The notes: generated by a model not told the origin, from the sequence alone. DNA of 64,000 bases from Verrucomicrobiia bacterium (GCA_963664225.1 OY760937.1:4192001-4256000), one strand, 5' to 3'. Shown: positions 9,042 through 19,052, counted from the first letter of the stretch. Numbers and translations are program-made.

Positions 9042-10847
9042 TTAAAAAGGCATTTCTTCCATTGGCGGTCCGAAATCCTGGTCATCATCGGGACCACCCG
9101 GCATGCCACCTCCGGGAGGGGGTCCGCCTCCTGGAGGTCCACCACCGGGCGGCCCGAAACCTCCGCGCTCGATGATCATTCCCGTGGATTTGCCGGCCAG
9201 TTGTTCAGCTACAGAGGCGGCGCGTTTCGTGATAAAGAGCTTGGTTTGACTGGGCGTTCCCCCGAATGGGCCAAAGCCTCTGAAGGGGTTGTTATCGTTT
9301 GAATCGGCGGGAATTGGCTTATCGGAAACCGCCTGCTCGAACCGCTTGAGTCTTGCCTCAGATTCCTCTTTTACAGTGGGGCGGACCAGCCCGGCGATTT
9401 GATCCAATTGGCGTTGCACCTTTTCAGGCTGATACACGGTATCAAGGAATTGGCGATGGTAGCCCAAATAGAGTGATTTAAATTTTTCGAAGGCGAGCAT
9501 GCGTTCCAATAATTTATTTTTCCCCACATAAGGATGAACCAGACTGAGGTTGATGCGCCCTTCAGCAGATCCGATCATGGGGAAATCGCCGAAGGAGTGG
9601 TCCAGGTCCCACGGCATGAACTTGAACTTGTTCGAAACCGGATGGAGATAGATATAGTAGTTCTGTCCCTGTGCCAGAATGCTGTCCATGGTGGAGAGAT
9701 AAACGGTGACGGCCAGGAAACGCGCGAATTCGTCCAAGTCCAGGAAATCCCCAATCCTGGCCTGAAACGTCGCATCATCGGCGCTCGAAACCAGTTTCGC
9801 CATCTCGATTACCCGGCGCTGCTGTTCCGGGTAGGCGCGCGTCTTGGGATCATAAATCCCCGCGTAGGCCGACCAGTCTTCGCCCAGATACTCAAAGAGT
9901 TTGGGCGTCACGGGTTTCATGATCAACCCCTGCTTCAGGCCAAAGCGTGAAATGGCATACATTGCATCCACGTTTTCCACCATGACATAGAGGCCCAGAA
10001 GCTGGTGATCGTATTTGCCGGGGACAGTGAGATAAATTTTCGCGTGGGCGGTTCGAGGGGATGGCACACCGGCTTCGCGAAACAGTTGATACGACAAGGT
10101 ATCGCTCACGCAGGATGGATCGGCCACCAAATTGCCGAAGTTCAGCTTCGTGACTCCCAGCAAATTCTGGCCACGAACGTTCTTGTCCAAATCGATCTTC
10201 AAGGGGCGTTTTAATTGTCGCTGGGATCCCATATAAGTGCCGTTGCCCTTGTAACGAACTGCGACGTTTTCAAACTTCAGCCCATCGAATTCCAGGTCGG
10301 CTTTGGCCCACACAAAATCGATCCCCAACATGCCTGCCAGGCCATTGCGTTTTGCGTTGGGATTGCGGAGCGTCATTCCCCCTCCATCATCCCCGCCGGG
10401 AGGGCCTCCGCGCTGTGGACCACCCATCTGACCGCCGGGACCGCCCACCATCGGCCCACTGGGTCCATTCGTTGAACTGCGCATTGGATTACCCGGTCCC
10501 GCCATGGGACCCCCAAAACCGCCGGGACGACCAGGTCCACCCATTGGACCACTCATTGACCCACCCATTGGTCCGCCCGGGCCTCCGGGACCGCCAAATC
10601 CTCCAAAACCGCCTTGAATACGTTTGGGTTCCATGGCCGCCCATTGCTCGGCGGTGAATATTAAATGAACATTCCAGACATTGGTTTCCTGGAATAAGGG
10701 CGCCGCTGCTGCCGCCAGGGCCAATTGCCGGCCGCCAGCCTGCGATATTCCAGGAAACAATAGCTCCACCAGCAGAACGAAACATACGCTCTGCCACAGG
10801 CGGCACGACCGTCCCGCCATCCCTGACCTTTGGAAAGGGTGGATCAT
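9042..10847 (-). CDS. CotH kinase family protein with Gly/Pro/Met-rich inserts
   Basis: VRYKGNGT, LKIDLDK, GLYVMVENVD, NYYIY, PWDLDHSFG; start uncertain (ORF extends to 10991). Confidence 0.85.
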   Translation of the reverse strand: MIHPFQRSGMAGRSCRLWQSVCFVLLVELLFPGISQAGGRQLALAAAAAPLFQETNVWNVHLIFTAEQWAAMEPKRIQGGFGGFGGPGGPGGPMGGSMSGPMGGPGRPGGFGGPMAGPGNPMRSSTNGPSGPMVGGPGGQMGGPQRGGPPGGDDGGGMTLRNPNAKRNGLAGMLGIDFVWAKADLEFDGLKFENVAVRYKGNGTYMGSQRQLKRPLKIDLDKNVRGQNLLGVTKLNFGNLVADPSCVSDTLSYQLFREAGVPSPRTAHAKIYLTVPGKYDHQLLGLYVMVENVDAMYAISRFGLKQGLIMKPVTPKLFEYLGEDWSAYAGIYDPKTRAYPEQQRRVIEMAKLVSSADDATFQARIGDFLDLDEFARFLAVTVYLSTMDSILAQGQNYYIYLHPVSNKFKFMPWDLDHSFGDFPMIGSAEGRINLSLVHPYVGKNKLLERMLAFEKFKSLYLGYHRQFLDTVYQPEKVQRQLDQIAGLVRPTVKEESEARLKRFEQAVSDKPIPADSNDNNPFRGFGPFGGTPSQTKLFITKRAASVAEQLAGKSTGMIIERGGFGPPGGGPPGGGPPPGGGMPGGPDDDQDFGPPMEEMPF

Positions 10848-11246
10848 GCCGTTAGTGACCCCCCAGGTGGCATTCAGGTTACAAACAGGTGACCTTTTTT
10901 TGTGAGCGGGGTATTGCAGCGGTCCATCTCCAGCGCCAATGGCCTGCTGTGTGCAACCTGTTGACCGGGCCGATGGCCATTTGATGCACATGGACGTGTT
11001 TTAGGGCGAGAGTTGAAGATCGTCGCACCTGACGACCTCAAGGCCCGCCACACACTTGCCGAACGCGACGCAGTGTGAATCGCTGAGAGCGAGATTCAGA
11101 CTGAAGGGGGCAACGCGCGAGTCCAACTGCCGCGCTGGTCTGCGGGTGTCGAGGAGTTGACGCCGTGAAAGGGCATTCGTGATTGCCATGTGCCTTCACT
11201 GGTTCCGCAATAGCGGCCTTCTGGCGAAAGCGTGATTTGAACAGGT

Positions 11247-11699
11247 CTATTGCACAGAAACGGCATGAGCCGCGTTCTGGTTTTGAGTGGAAACCTCGTC
11301 GATGAAAGTTGCGGCTGGCAGCATGAATGGCCCATTCGGGCCACGACCGGTGATTTGGAGCACCATTTCGCGGGCGGCTCCATAAAGCAAAGCGGGCGCA
11401 TTAGCCATGACTAACGTCTTGATATGTTCTTCCTTGATTGCGGGCGACACCTCAAAAAAACCAAGAAGGTCCATTTCAATCAAATAAGGACAATTTCCCC
11501 GGCCATCAGGCTGGCAGGAAATATGCAAACCGACGCGCCAGTCACGGATGTTCGCTTTGTTTTGGGCGTGATGAACTTTCGTCGTTAGACGCATGCCGCC
11601 GGAAGCAGCAGGAAGATTTGCCGCTGGATTGGGCGGAATGGCTTTCACAACCAGTTCTGTGAGGAAATATTTCTTAAGCTGCAGCGGGGACAGTTTCAT
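11247..11699 (-). CDS. SecB-like chaperone (TAC chaperone)
   Basis: SecB-fold signature LLGFFEV...NAPALLYGAAREMVLQITGRGPNGPFMLP; overlaps the antitoxin 3' end. Confidence 0.8.
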   Translation of the reverse strand: MKLSPLQLKKYFLTELVVKAIPPNPAANLPAASGGMRLTTKVHHAQNKANIRDWRVGLHISCQPDGRGNCPYLIEMDLLGFFEVSPAIKEEHIKTLVMANAPALLYGAAREMVLQITGRGPNGPFMLPAATFIDEVSTQNQNAAHAVSVQ

Positions 11700-12096
11700 T
11701 TTTCAACTCCGACTTCTGTGCTTTGACTTCGCGATAATCATCATCCGTCCAAAACTGTGCGTAGGATTTCTCGGGTTCTTTTGGAAGGAAATGGAGCCAG
11801 CTGCATTCATACTCTTTGGGGGTGAGATGAACGTTCAGTTGATAACCCAAGGCATCGGATAATTTAACCATTGTCTCAATGGTGCAATTTGAACCGCGAA
11901 ACACCCGGGTGAGAAATTGCTTGGATACGTTCGCCTTGGCGGAAAACTGCACCTGATTCAAACCGCGATGTTCCATCGCCTGCCAAAGCTCGTCGGAAAA
12001 GGATTCCTTAACGTACTCGATACGGTAATCCAAGCTCTCCCGGGCGGTGTCCAACTGTTGTTGGAGGGATAAATATTTTACAGTGGGGATTTTCAT
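11674..12096 (-). CDS. HigA-like XRE-HTH antitoxin with aromatic C-terminal extension
   Basis: HTH GLNQVQFSAKANVSKQFLTRVFRGSNCTIETMVKLSDALG; ATG overlaps toxin stop (ATGA). Confidence 0.8.
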   Translation of the reverse strand: MKIPTVKYLSLQQQLDTARESLDYRIEYVKESFSDELWQAMEHRGLNQVQFSAKANVSKQFLTRVFRGSNCTIETMVKLSDALGYQLNVHLTPKEYECSWLHFLPKEPEKSYAQFWTDDDYREVKAQKSELKNETVPAAA

Positions 12097-12494
12097 GGCT
12101 GGGATTTCTCTTGCTCGTAATACAACCGGCGTCGCTCTTGTGCGCGCTCGATTTCGCTGGTCGGTGTTGTCTCTTTCTTTTTCGTGAAAGCGTGAGTGCA
12201 AATAATCAAAGCATTTTCGTCCTCATCAAAGAACCAAAGTATCCTCGTGCCGCCCCGCGCTTTGAATTCGCAAATCGGCTTGGCCGCGTTGCCTTTCAGA
12301 CGCTTTGTCTTAAAGTCATTCCAGACCACGCCATGTCGGGCTGTTTTGTCCAACAACGCCAAAAGCTGATGGAAGTCTTTGTTGCCAGTGCGTCGCAGCG
12401 TGTCCAGAAAAGGGGCGACATCATACTTGGCCTGCTGGCAATCGGTCAGCAGGATGCGGTGCGCATCACCAGGTAAATATTCGACCAAAGTCAC
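12093..12494 (-). CDS. RelE/HigB (Gp49-like) toxin
   Basis: KRLKG...ICEFKARGGTRILWFFD...IICTHAFTKKKETTPTSEIERA; GTG start. Confidence 0.85.
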   Translation of the reverse strand: MTLVEYLPGDAHRILLTDCQQAKYDVAPFLDTLRRTGNKDFHQLLALLDKTARHGVVWNDFKTKRLKGNAAKPICEFKARGGTRILWFFDEDENALIICTHAFTKKKETTPTSEIERAQERRRLYYEQEKSQP

Positions 12495-12499
12495 AAAAA

Positions 12500-12562
12500 G
12501 TAAACTTTAAAAGTTACCAAAGCGCACAACTCCATTCTGTGAGACGTAAAGGTTTATACGTC
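12500..12562. promoter_or_regulatory. Putative TAC autoregulatory operators
   Basis: Imperfect palindrome GTAAACTTTAAAAGTTAC (12500-12517) and GACGTA-N8-TACGTC (12543-12562) just upstream of the toxin. Confidence 0.45.
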
Positions 12563-12706
12563 AATGAGATGTGCGATAACCTGTCATTGGGACTTGATGG
12601 GCATATGCATAATGCGAAAATCCAAACCGGTAAATCAAAAACATCGGCACTTGACCGATCATCGCATGTTCAGAAAGGTCCCATTGCAGCCCGGACGGTT
12701 GTTTAT

Positions 12707-15370
12707 TCACTGCGGCGTACTGCGCTCCAAAATGTGGATGAGTCCTCGGTTTCCATCCACTTGGACGATGTCCCCGGTGCGAATGATTCGTGTTGCTGAA
12801 CCCACGTTCGTGACGGCGGGCAACCCATATTCCCGGGCGAGGATGCTGCCATGGCTCAACATGCCGCCCAGGTCGATGACGATCCCCGCCGCAGTCAGGA
12901 AGTAAGGGCTCCAGGCAGGATCGGTGCTGGGAGCCACGAGTATTTCCCCGGCAAGAACCCGGTCACGGGGATCGATCTCCAACAGGACACGAGCCCGGCC
13001 TGTGGCGACTCCCGGACTTGCGGGCAGTCCCTCCAGATGATCCACGGCCGCTTCAATCAAATCCGGCTGCCACTCGTCTGGATTACCGCATCCGAAAACG
13101 ACGGGCGGGGGATGGAGTTTCTGGTATCGCGCATACTCGGCGCGTCGTGCGGCCACGATTTTACGCAATTCCTCGCCTGAACCAAAGAGGTATTCGGAGC
13201 GCAATTCATCCACGGTCAGGAAGAAAACGTCGTTGGGATCGGCGCAACGCCCGAGCGGTACCAATCGACGCCCGAGTTCGAGTAACTGAAGGCGCGCCTG
13301 GCTGAGGCGACGCACGGATTCAGACTTCACGTTCTCCTTGATGGCGACACCGCGTTGGGCGTGGCGGAGCAGCCAGCGGAATAGCCCGCGTTTTATGGGA
13401 TTCTTCAAACGGTCCAGGCATTCTTTTTCCAGTGTCCTGCGTTGCTCACCCAATTCCGTGAGGCGGGTTGCCGGGGTGTTGAGATTGCCAGCAAGGATCT
13501 CCAGATAATTCCTGACAATTCCCAGCACCACATCCGGCGTCTCGGACCAGCGGGGATTGATCAGTTCCACCTCGCCCCGGGTGTGATGACCATGGCGGGA
13601 AAGGAACCCATTCCATTGATCCAGGAATGCCCTGCCTGCGGTGATCGACTGGAGTCGTCGCTCAAAAGGTCCAAAGTCCGTCTCCTCAGCAACAGCACGG
13701 CGCAATTCCGGATGCAGCGCCGCAACCTCCGCCAGGTTCCAAAGATCACGACCCGCTTGAGCCGGGGCCATGGTGCCCAAACCAGTGGTCAGGCGAGCCG
13801 CAATGGCCGAGCCTTCCGCGTCAAACCACCGTTTCGAGAGGGCAAGCAACAACACGAGATGAAACGCGCCGAGGCCCATGTAACTTAAAACCGGCTCTTC
13901 GCCCAACTCCTGCGTGGGCAAAGTCGCGCGGATCGTTTGCACCAGCAATTCATTGGAACAGGATTCCGGTGAAAACGAGTGCGGATCATTTGGCGGCAGC
14001 GGAAGTGTTTGAAGGCTCTGCGTGTTTCTCACCCAATAAAACCGCATGATCATGAAGAGCACCTTTGGCAATCGCCGTACTACAAGCCATGGATTGAATT
14101 TAAGACGCGGGAGGTCATCCGGCCCGAGCTGGATTTGCCGTTTGCAGGCGTCGTGTTCCTGCGCGCCACCGAAAATCTCACCGATGTCCTCAGGTTTGAC
14201 GGCCGGCAGAAGCTTCAGTAACGCCACGCACGTATTGACATTGAAATAGACTCTCCCGCCGATCCGGGCAATCAATTGGTCCGCCTGGATACGGTATCCG
14301 AGACGGCTGAAAAAGTTGCCGCAAAGCCCCTGAAGGAGTGGCATCAGCATGGAGTAAGTCATCGGTGTGATTACATCCGGCAAGGTTTCCCCCACGTTGG
14401 CATTGGTCCAGATCTGTCGTTCCTCCCAGGTCTTTTTTTTGCGCCTGCCCGTGATTGGCCGTGCTTGGAGGAGGTGCAGTCCCCCTCCGCACAGCGCCCA
14501 CTCGATGTCCAGTGGGCCGGGAAGGATCTGTTCCACTCGCTGGCTGAGTGTTCCCAATTGTTGCGCGGTTTGATCGTCCAACACCATGGAGGTACCTGAC
14601 TGCGAACCTGCGGTGCGTTTCAGGACAGTCATGGAAGCCTTATCCAAGACAAAGCATTCCGGAGTCATCCGGCCGCTCACGACGTTTTCACCAGAACCAG
14701 AGGCGGCTTCGATCACCAGGCGACTGGTATCTCCCGTTGCCGGGTCTGCGGTGAACAAAACACCTGCCGTTTCCGCCGGCACCATTTCCTGAACCACGAC
14801 AGCCATGCCCACCTGGTCAGCGGGTAATGAAAGTTTTGCCAGGTAAGACAGCGCGCGTGCGGAGTAAAGGGACAGCCAGCACTTCCTGATCGCGGACAGC
14901 AATGCATCACGCCCTTGCACGTTAAGATACGACTCAAAGAGTCCGGCGAAGGAATGGTCCGCGGCGTCCTCGACTGTTGCACTGGAACGCACCGCATAGA
15001 CACGTTCATCTCCAAATTCGCGCCACTCGGTGAGAATGGCCTGTTCGACCAACACTGGAATCGCAACATCGGCAAGACTGTCGGTGATCTCCTGGCTCAA
15101 GTTTCGGATTCGCTCGGGCGGTTCCTCCGAAAGCCGGGGCAGGATTCGCAATAATTCCTGACGATTTGGAGAGGCATCGAGAAACTGGTTGAATGCGGTC
15201 ACCGTCACACAGAAACCGGGTGGCACAGGCAGTTTTGCGCGTATCAAAACGCCAAGATTGGCCGCCTTGCCGCCCACCAACCCACGTTGGTCATTTTCAA
15301 CTCCCGCCAATGAAAGCGTCAGCGGCACATTCATGCGAGCCGCGAGGCTCTTTGTTTGGTCCGGTGGCAT
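12707..15370 (-). CDS. PEP-utilising kinase with rifampin-phosphotransferase-like architecture
   Basis: N-terminal GGKAANL/AVRSSATVED/VVVQEMV/EWAL/LLQARPIT; C-terminal phospho-His domain GGMLSHGSILAREYGLPAV. Confidence 0.85.
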   Translation of the reverse strand: MPPDQTKSLAARMNVPLTLSLAGVENDQRGLVGGKAANLGVLIRAKLPVPPGFCVTVTAFNQFLDASPNRQELLRILPRLSEEPPERIRNLSQEITDSLADVAIPVLVEQAILTEWREFGDERVYAVRSSATVEDAADHSFAGLFESYLNVQGRDALLSAIRKCWLSLYSARALSYLAKLSLPADQVGMAVVVQEMVPAETAGVLFTADPATGDTSRLVIEAASGSGENVVSGRMTPECFVLDKASMTVLKRTAGSQSGTSMVLDDQTAQQLGTLSQRVEQILPGPLDIEWALCGGGLHLLQARPITGRRKKKTWEERQIWTNANVGETLPDVITPMTYSMLMPLLQGLCGNFFSRLGYRIQADQLIARIGGRVYFNVNTCVALLKLLPAVKPEDIGEIFGGAQEHDACKRQIQLGPDDLPRLKFNPWLVVRRLPKVLFMIMRFYWVRNTQSLQTLPLPPNDPHSFSPESCSNELLVQTIRATLPTQELGEEPVLSYMGLGAFHLVLLLALSKRWFDAEGSAIAARLTTGLGTMAPAQAGRDLWNLAEVAALHPELRRAVAEETDFGPFERRLQSITAGRAFLDQWNGFLSRHGHHTRGEVELINPRWSETPDVVLGIVRNYLEILAGNLNTPATRLTELGEQRRTLEKECLDRLKNPIKRGLFRWLLRHAQRGVAIKENVKSESVRRLSQARLQLLELGRRLVPLGRCADPNDVFFLTVDELRSEYLFGSGEELRKIVAARRAEYARYQKLHPPPVVFGCGNPDEWQPDLIEAAVDHLEGLPASPGVATGRARVLLEIDPRDRVLAGEILVAPSTDPAWSPYFLTAAGIVIDLGGMLSHGSILAREYGLPAVTNVGSATRIIRTGDIVQVDGNRGLIHILERSTPQ

Positions 15371-15396
15371 CTGAAATGGTTTGCTTTCCAGGGCCC

Positions 15397-16068
15397 CTAT
15401 TTTTGTGGGGGCAGGGGATGGATCAGAATCGTGTTATTCTGAATGTCGATCGACTGGACATTCTGGAAAAACTCCAGGGCCGGGGTGTTATTATAGAGTT
15501 GCTGGAGGAAATTCTCGCGGGCGATGCGCCTGAAAAGCCACCACGGTATGGGCGTATTATTGGCCAATATTTTAGAGGGGGAGAGCACGGCGTAACCGTC
15601 CTGAAAGGTCAGGTTGAACAGGATGCGCCCGTTGATGAACTTACCCTTGAGCTGTTTGTTGTTGGTTTTATCCAACGGAATGGCGAATCGGCACTGTAGG
15701 ATGTTGTTGGTGATTTCGACGAACAGTTTGTCTTTGAAAGGAGGCATACTCCCCATGAAAGTGTTGAGATCGTTGCCGGTTATCGCCAGGGGTTCAGGCA
15801 TTTTATCGCTATCCATTGACGCTTGAAACGCCACCAGCCTGGTTTGAAAAGCCTGCACGGCATTGGCGGCGATTTCCACCTTGGGCAGGGGCTGGGCCGT
15901 GGTTGTGGCATAGGTTTTGACCAGATGATTCCAATAAATGGCGGCGGCCACCACCAGGGTGACGATCAAGGCCACCAACGCGCACGCGCCGATGATGAGG
16001 TATTTCAGCCACTTGCGTTTCTTAGCCACGGGCTGGGCTGATTCGGGCGCGGTCGTGTTTGTATTCAT
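15397..16068 (-). CDS. Hypothetical membrane-anchored protein
   Basis: Basic stretch followed by one TM helix; codirectional with neighbours. Confidence 0.6.
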   Translation of the reverse strand: MNTNTTAPESAQPVAKKRKWLKYLIIGACALVALIVTLVVAAAIYWNHLVKTYATTTAQPLPKVEIAANAVQAFQTRLVAFQASMDSDKMPEPLAITGNDLNTFMGSMPPFKDKLFVEITNNILQCRFAIPLDKTNNKQLKGKFINGRILFNLTFQDGYAVLSPSKILANNTPIPWWLFRRIARENFLQQLYNNTPALEFFQNVQSIDIQNNTILIHPLPPQK

Positions 16069-16137
16069 TGGTTCCATCTCTGCATCAAGTAATATCGATA
16101 GGATACACAAAAAGATGGGCGGTGGTTACAAACCTTT

Positions 16138-17532
16138 TTAATCCTGCCCCATCAGCCGCTTTCCCAGGCGCAGAGGCACGCGAAAAATATCGCGCAGCAA
16201 ATCCTCGAGTTTTCGCGCTGCGGGTTCCTCCAGACGAAAACAGATGACGATGGCGCAAATAAAGACAAGCTCCACCGCGCAAAAGAAAATGCTGTAGCGG
16301 TTCCACTCCAGACCGAGCCAGCGAACATGCACCAGCCTCAAGGCGTCAATCATCATTCCCCACAAGATGGGCGAGATGCCCATGGTGAGGCTGCCCACCA
16401 CCGAGAACAGGGCGAAGAAATGGTTTCGGCCCATCACCGGTATGGTCAGCATGGCCAGTCGCGTGTTCGACATGGTGAACATGGATGTGGCCAGTCCCAT
16501 GACCACCTGCAATCCGACCAGCAGCGCCATTGACGTTCTGAGCACGCCGCCCGCGACCAGGGCCCAGATCGCCATGATCACCAACCAGGCGATGAGCGAA
16601 AATTTCAGCGCCGGTTTGCTTCCCCATGGATCGAGCCGCGCGCCCAGCAACCATAAAGTACACCAGCCGCCCAGAAACGATGTGGCCGTCACCAGCAAAA
16701 TGGCCTGCTCCGTCATGCCTGCCTCGGTTTTCAAATAGGCCACCACAAAGGCCGTCAGCCCGCCATACGCGGACGACCAGGCCACGTTCAGCCAAAGCAA
16801 TTTGCGGAACGGCGGGTACTCCGCAATTTCACGCCAGGGCACCCGAGTCGTTGAGACGCGCGTTTCCTCCATCGTCTCGCCTTCCGGCATGCGGTTTAAA
16901 GAGTTGAGGCTCACCGCGCCCATCAAGCCGCTGAAGCCGAACAAGACCGAAAATTGCCAGGGCGCGGGATTTGTCCCCAGGCAGAAGGCCGCGAGCAAAA
17001 AGGCCACGGCGCTCGAAACATTCACACAGGCCGCCTCCCGCGCGAGGTAATGGCCCCGGAGACCCTCCGGCACGATGGAGGTGATCCACGGCAGCCAGGC
17101 GCAACTTGTGATGCCGCGCGACAGATTGAATCCAAAGAGTAACATCAGCACGAGAGCCAGCCGGGTGGGCGCGTTCAGAAACACCCCTGTCAGTGGAACC
17201 AGCGCCATTCCAAAAATGAACAGAACCCGTGTGCCCCAACCGGCGAACGTGAACCTTTTATAACCCACCCGCGCCACATGCCTTGCCGCCGGAATCTGAA
17301 AAATCACCAATAGCGGCATCATTCCCGAGATGATCCCCAGCACGGTGGCGGTCGCGCCCAGGGATTTGGCATAGAGCACCATTGGGCTGTTGAGAATCAT
17401 CTGGAACGACAGCGCGTTGAACACCGCAAAGAAATAGGCATGCTTCAGCCCGGGCGGGTATTCTGCTCCTTGACGCGATGTCGCTGCCGTTTTCAACAGA
17501 GTTAATTTTGCACGAGCGCCTCCGCCTGTCAC
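16138..17532 (-). CDS. MFS transporter
   Basis: About 12 hydrophobic segments; GARLDPWGSKP loop motif. Confidence 0.8.
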   Translation of the reverse strand: MTGGGARAKLTLLKTAATSRQGAEYPPGLKHAYFFAVFNALSFQMILNSPMVLYAKSLGATATVLGIISGMMPLLVIFQIPAARHVARVGYKRFTFAGWGTRVLFIFGMALVPLTGVFLNAPTRLALVLMLLFGFNLSRGITSCAWLPWITSIVPEGLRGHYLAREAACVNVSSAVAFLLAAFCLGTNPAPWQFSVLFGFSGLMGAVSLNSLNRMPEGETMEETRVSTTRVPWREIAEYPPFRKLLWLNVAWSSAYGGLTAFVVAYLKTEAGMTEQAILLVTATSFLGGWCTLWLLGARLDPWGSKPALKFSLIAWLVIMAIWALVAGGVLRTSMALLVGLQVVMGLATSMFTMSNTRLAMLTIPVMGRNHFFALFSVVGSLTMGISPILWGMMIDALRLVHVRWLGLEWNRYSIFFCAVELVFICAIVICFRLEEPAARKLEDLLRDIFRVPLRLGKRLMGQD

Positions 17533-17643
17533 GTTAAAGAGCCATCAGAGGAAATGGTGGAATGGCTCGATAATTCGAATGGCCTTGGGAAAGTATTTTC
17601 CGACTGATGGGCACCACCGAAGGGAAAGTGAATTCCTGCGCGT

Positions 17644-17689
17644 GTCACCAGTACTGGTGACTGGTGGGGACACGGAATTCGGGTACTCT
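17644..17689 (+). promoter_or_regulatory. Palindromic operator plus -10 box of repeated ncRNA, copy 1
   Basis: GTCACCAGTACTGGTGAC at 17644-17661, 22 nt spacer, TACTCT at 17684-17689. Confidence 0.7.
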
Positions 17690-17694
17690 GATCC

Positions 17695-17870
17695 CATAAC
17701 TGATCGGTGCAGTTATGCAGAGTTTGTTTGCCGTGTGTGTTTTTAGGGCGTATGTCTGCAGCGCCCGCACTGATCGACGATTTTAGATAACTTAGCGGTT
17801 ATCAATGTGTTAAAGTAAGTTCTCATTACTTTATTTCCGTAAAAAGGCCGGGTTTACACCCGGCCTTTTT
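17695..17870 (+). ncRNA. Candidate structured small RNA, copy 1 (family not recognised)
   Basis: Near-identical to two other copies; four hairpins plus terminator 17841-17870; no conserved ORF. Confidence 0.7.
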
Positions 17871-17907
17871 GTTTTCTCCCACGGTATGGAATCATTAACC
17901 CATCCGT

Positions 17908-18969
17908 TTATCGTTTGTGGATTTCAATGTGGCCCGCGCTGGTTCTTAGCTCCAGTCGCGGGCCACCCCCGTTGATCTTCCCACGCAGGGCCGACCGGTT
18001 TTGTTGGCCCACGGTGGTCACGGGAATTTGTGTGCTGACCCCTCCGGCGGAAGTTTGGGCGTCCAAATCAAGCGCCCAGGAAGGATCCAGGGTGACATCG
18101 ATACCTCCGGCGGAGGTTTGGAGCGCACATTCTCCGGTCGGAGCCTCCGAGAATTCAGCCGAAATGGAACCGCCTGAGGTTTGCGCATGCACCAACCCGC
18201 CTACGCGGTGGAGATTAACGGATCCGCCCGCCGTTCTGGCTTCGAGACCGTTCCGAACCCCATCCACGCGAATGCTTCCTCCCGAGGTGCGGACATTCAC
18301 CTTGCCGCCGGACTCACCGACCTGGATCGAGCCGCCCGCAGTATTCGCTTCCACACTTCCCGTGGCTCCGTCGATATCGATGCTTCCACCGGAGGTCTGG
18401 GCGTGGGCGTCACCGGTGATTTTGCCAAAGTTGATCGATCCCCCAGCCGTCTGCGCGCGGGCGTTTCCTTTAATTGCGGCAACAGAGATGCTGCCGCCGG
18501 CGGTCTTCACATCGACATTAAATTCACTGGGTATGCTGATGGTATAGCGCACCTGAATCTGGCGCTTGAACGACCACCATGGACCGTTGTTTTCCCGCGG
18601 ACCTTTTGCCTTGATGGTCAACGTGTTGCCATCCTGATCGAAGGTGATTTTATGCGCGTTAAAGGACTCCCCGGCTTCAACGGCACTGGAGGCTTCCTTC
18701 TTGCGCTCGACCTCCACGCGGATCGACTCTTGAGTGGAACTCTTGATGTCAATGGAACCCCGGTCCACGTCCATGATCAACGTGCCGGCCGGTTTTACAT
18801 CGAAGGTTTTGACTATCTTATCTTTAAATTCCTCGCCAGATGTCGCCAGGGCAAGCATGGGGATGGTCAGCGCGCAGGCCAGACGAAGCCGCAAGTTTGG
18901 GCTGCGGAATGAATTCACCAAGCCAGGACGGATTGTCGAGTTCCGAAGGGTATCAATGTCGTTTCGCAT
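17908..18969 (-). CDS. DUF4097 beta-strand repeat protein
   Basis: Repeated T(A/S)GGSI units; signal peptide. Confidence 0.85.
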   Translation of the reverse strand: MRNDIDTLRNSTIRPGLVNSFRSPNLRLRLACALTIPMLALATSGEEFKDKIVKTFDVKPAGTLIMDVDRGSIDIKSSTQESIRVEVERKKEASSAVEAGESFNAHKITFDQDGNTLTIKAKGPRENNGPWWSFKRQIQVRYTISIPSEFNVDVKTAGGSISVAAIKGNARAQTAGGSINFGKITGDAHAQTSGGSIDIDGATGSVEANTAGGSIQVGESGGKVNVRTSGGSIRVDGVRNGLEARTAGGSVNLHRVGGLVHAQTSGGSISAEFSEAPTGECALQTSAGGIDVTLDPSWALDLDAQTSAGGVSTQIPVTTVGQQNRSALRGKINGGGPRLELRTSAGHIEIHKR

Positions 18970-19052
18970 GGTTTAATAACCCGTGGAGACGATCTTTGTT
19001 TCAAAAATCGCGAAGAATTCTGGCAGGGTTCTGAACCCAAAAAGTCCAGGCA

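Noticed and set aside
11001..11189. 62 aa ORF with a cyclophilin-like tail (HCVAFGKCVAGLEVV)
   Set aside because: Only a short motif resemblance; too weak to call even a pseudogene without a search
17715..17786. Small ORF MQSLFAVCVFRAYVCSARTDRRF inside the repeated element (possible type I toxin or leader peptide)
   Set aside because: Not conserved: copy 2 shifts frame and copy 3 stops after 7 codons, while the RNA stems are kept
17695..17870. The element as a riboswitch or attenuator
   Set aside because: Copy 1 points into a convergent gene end, so there is nothing to regulate in cis, and I recognise no riboswitch consensus
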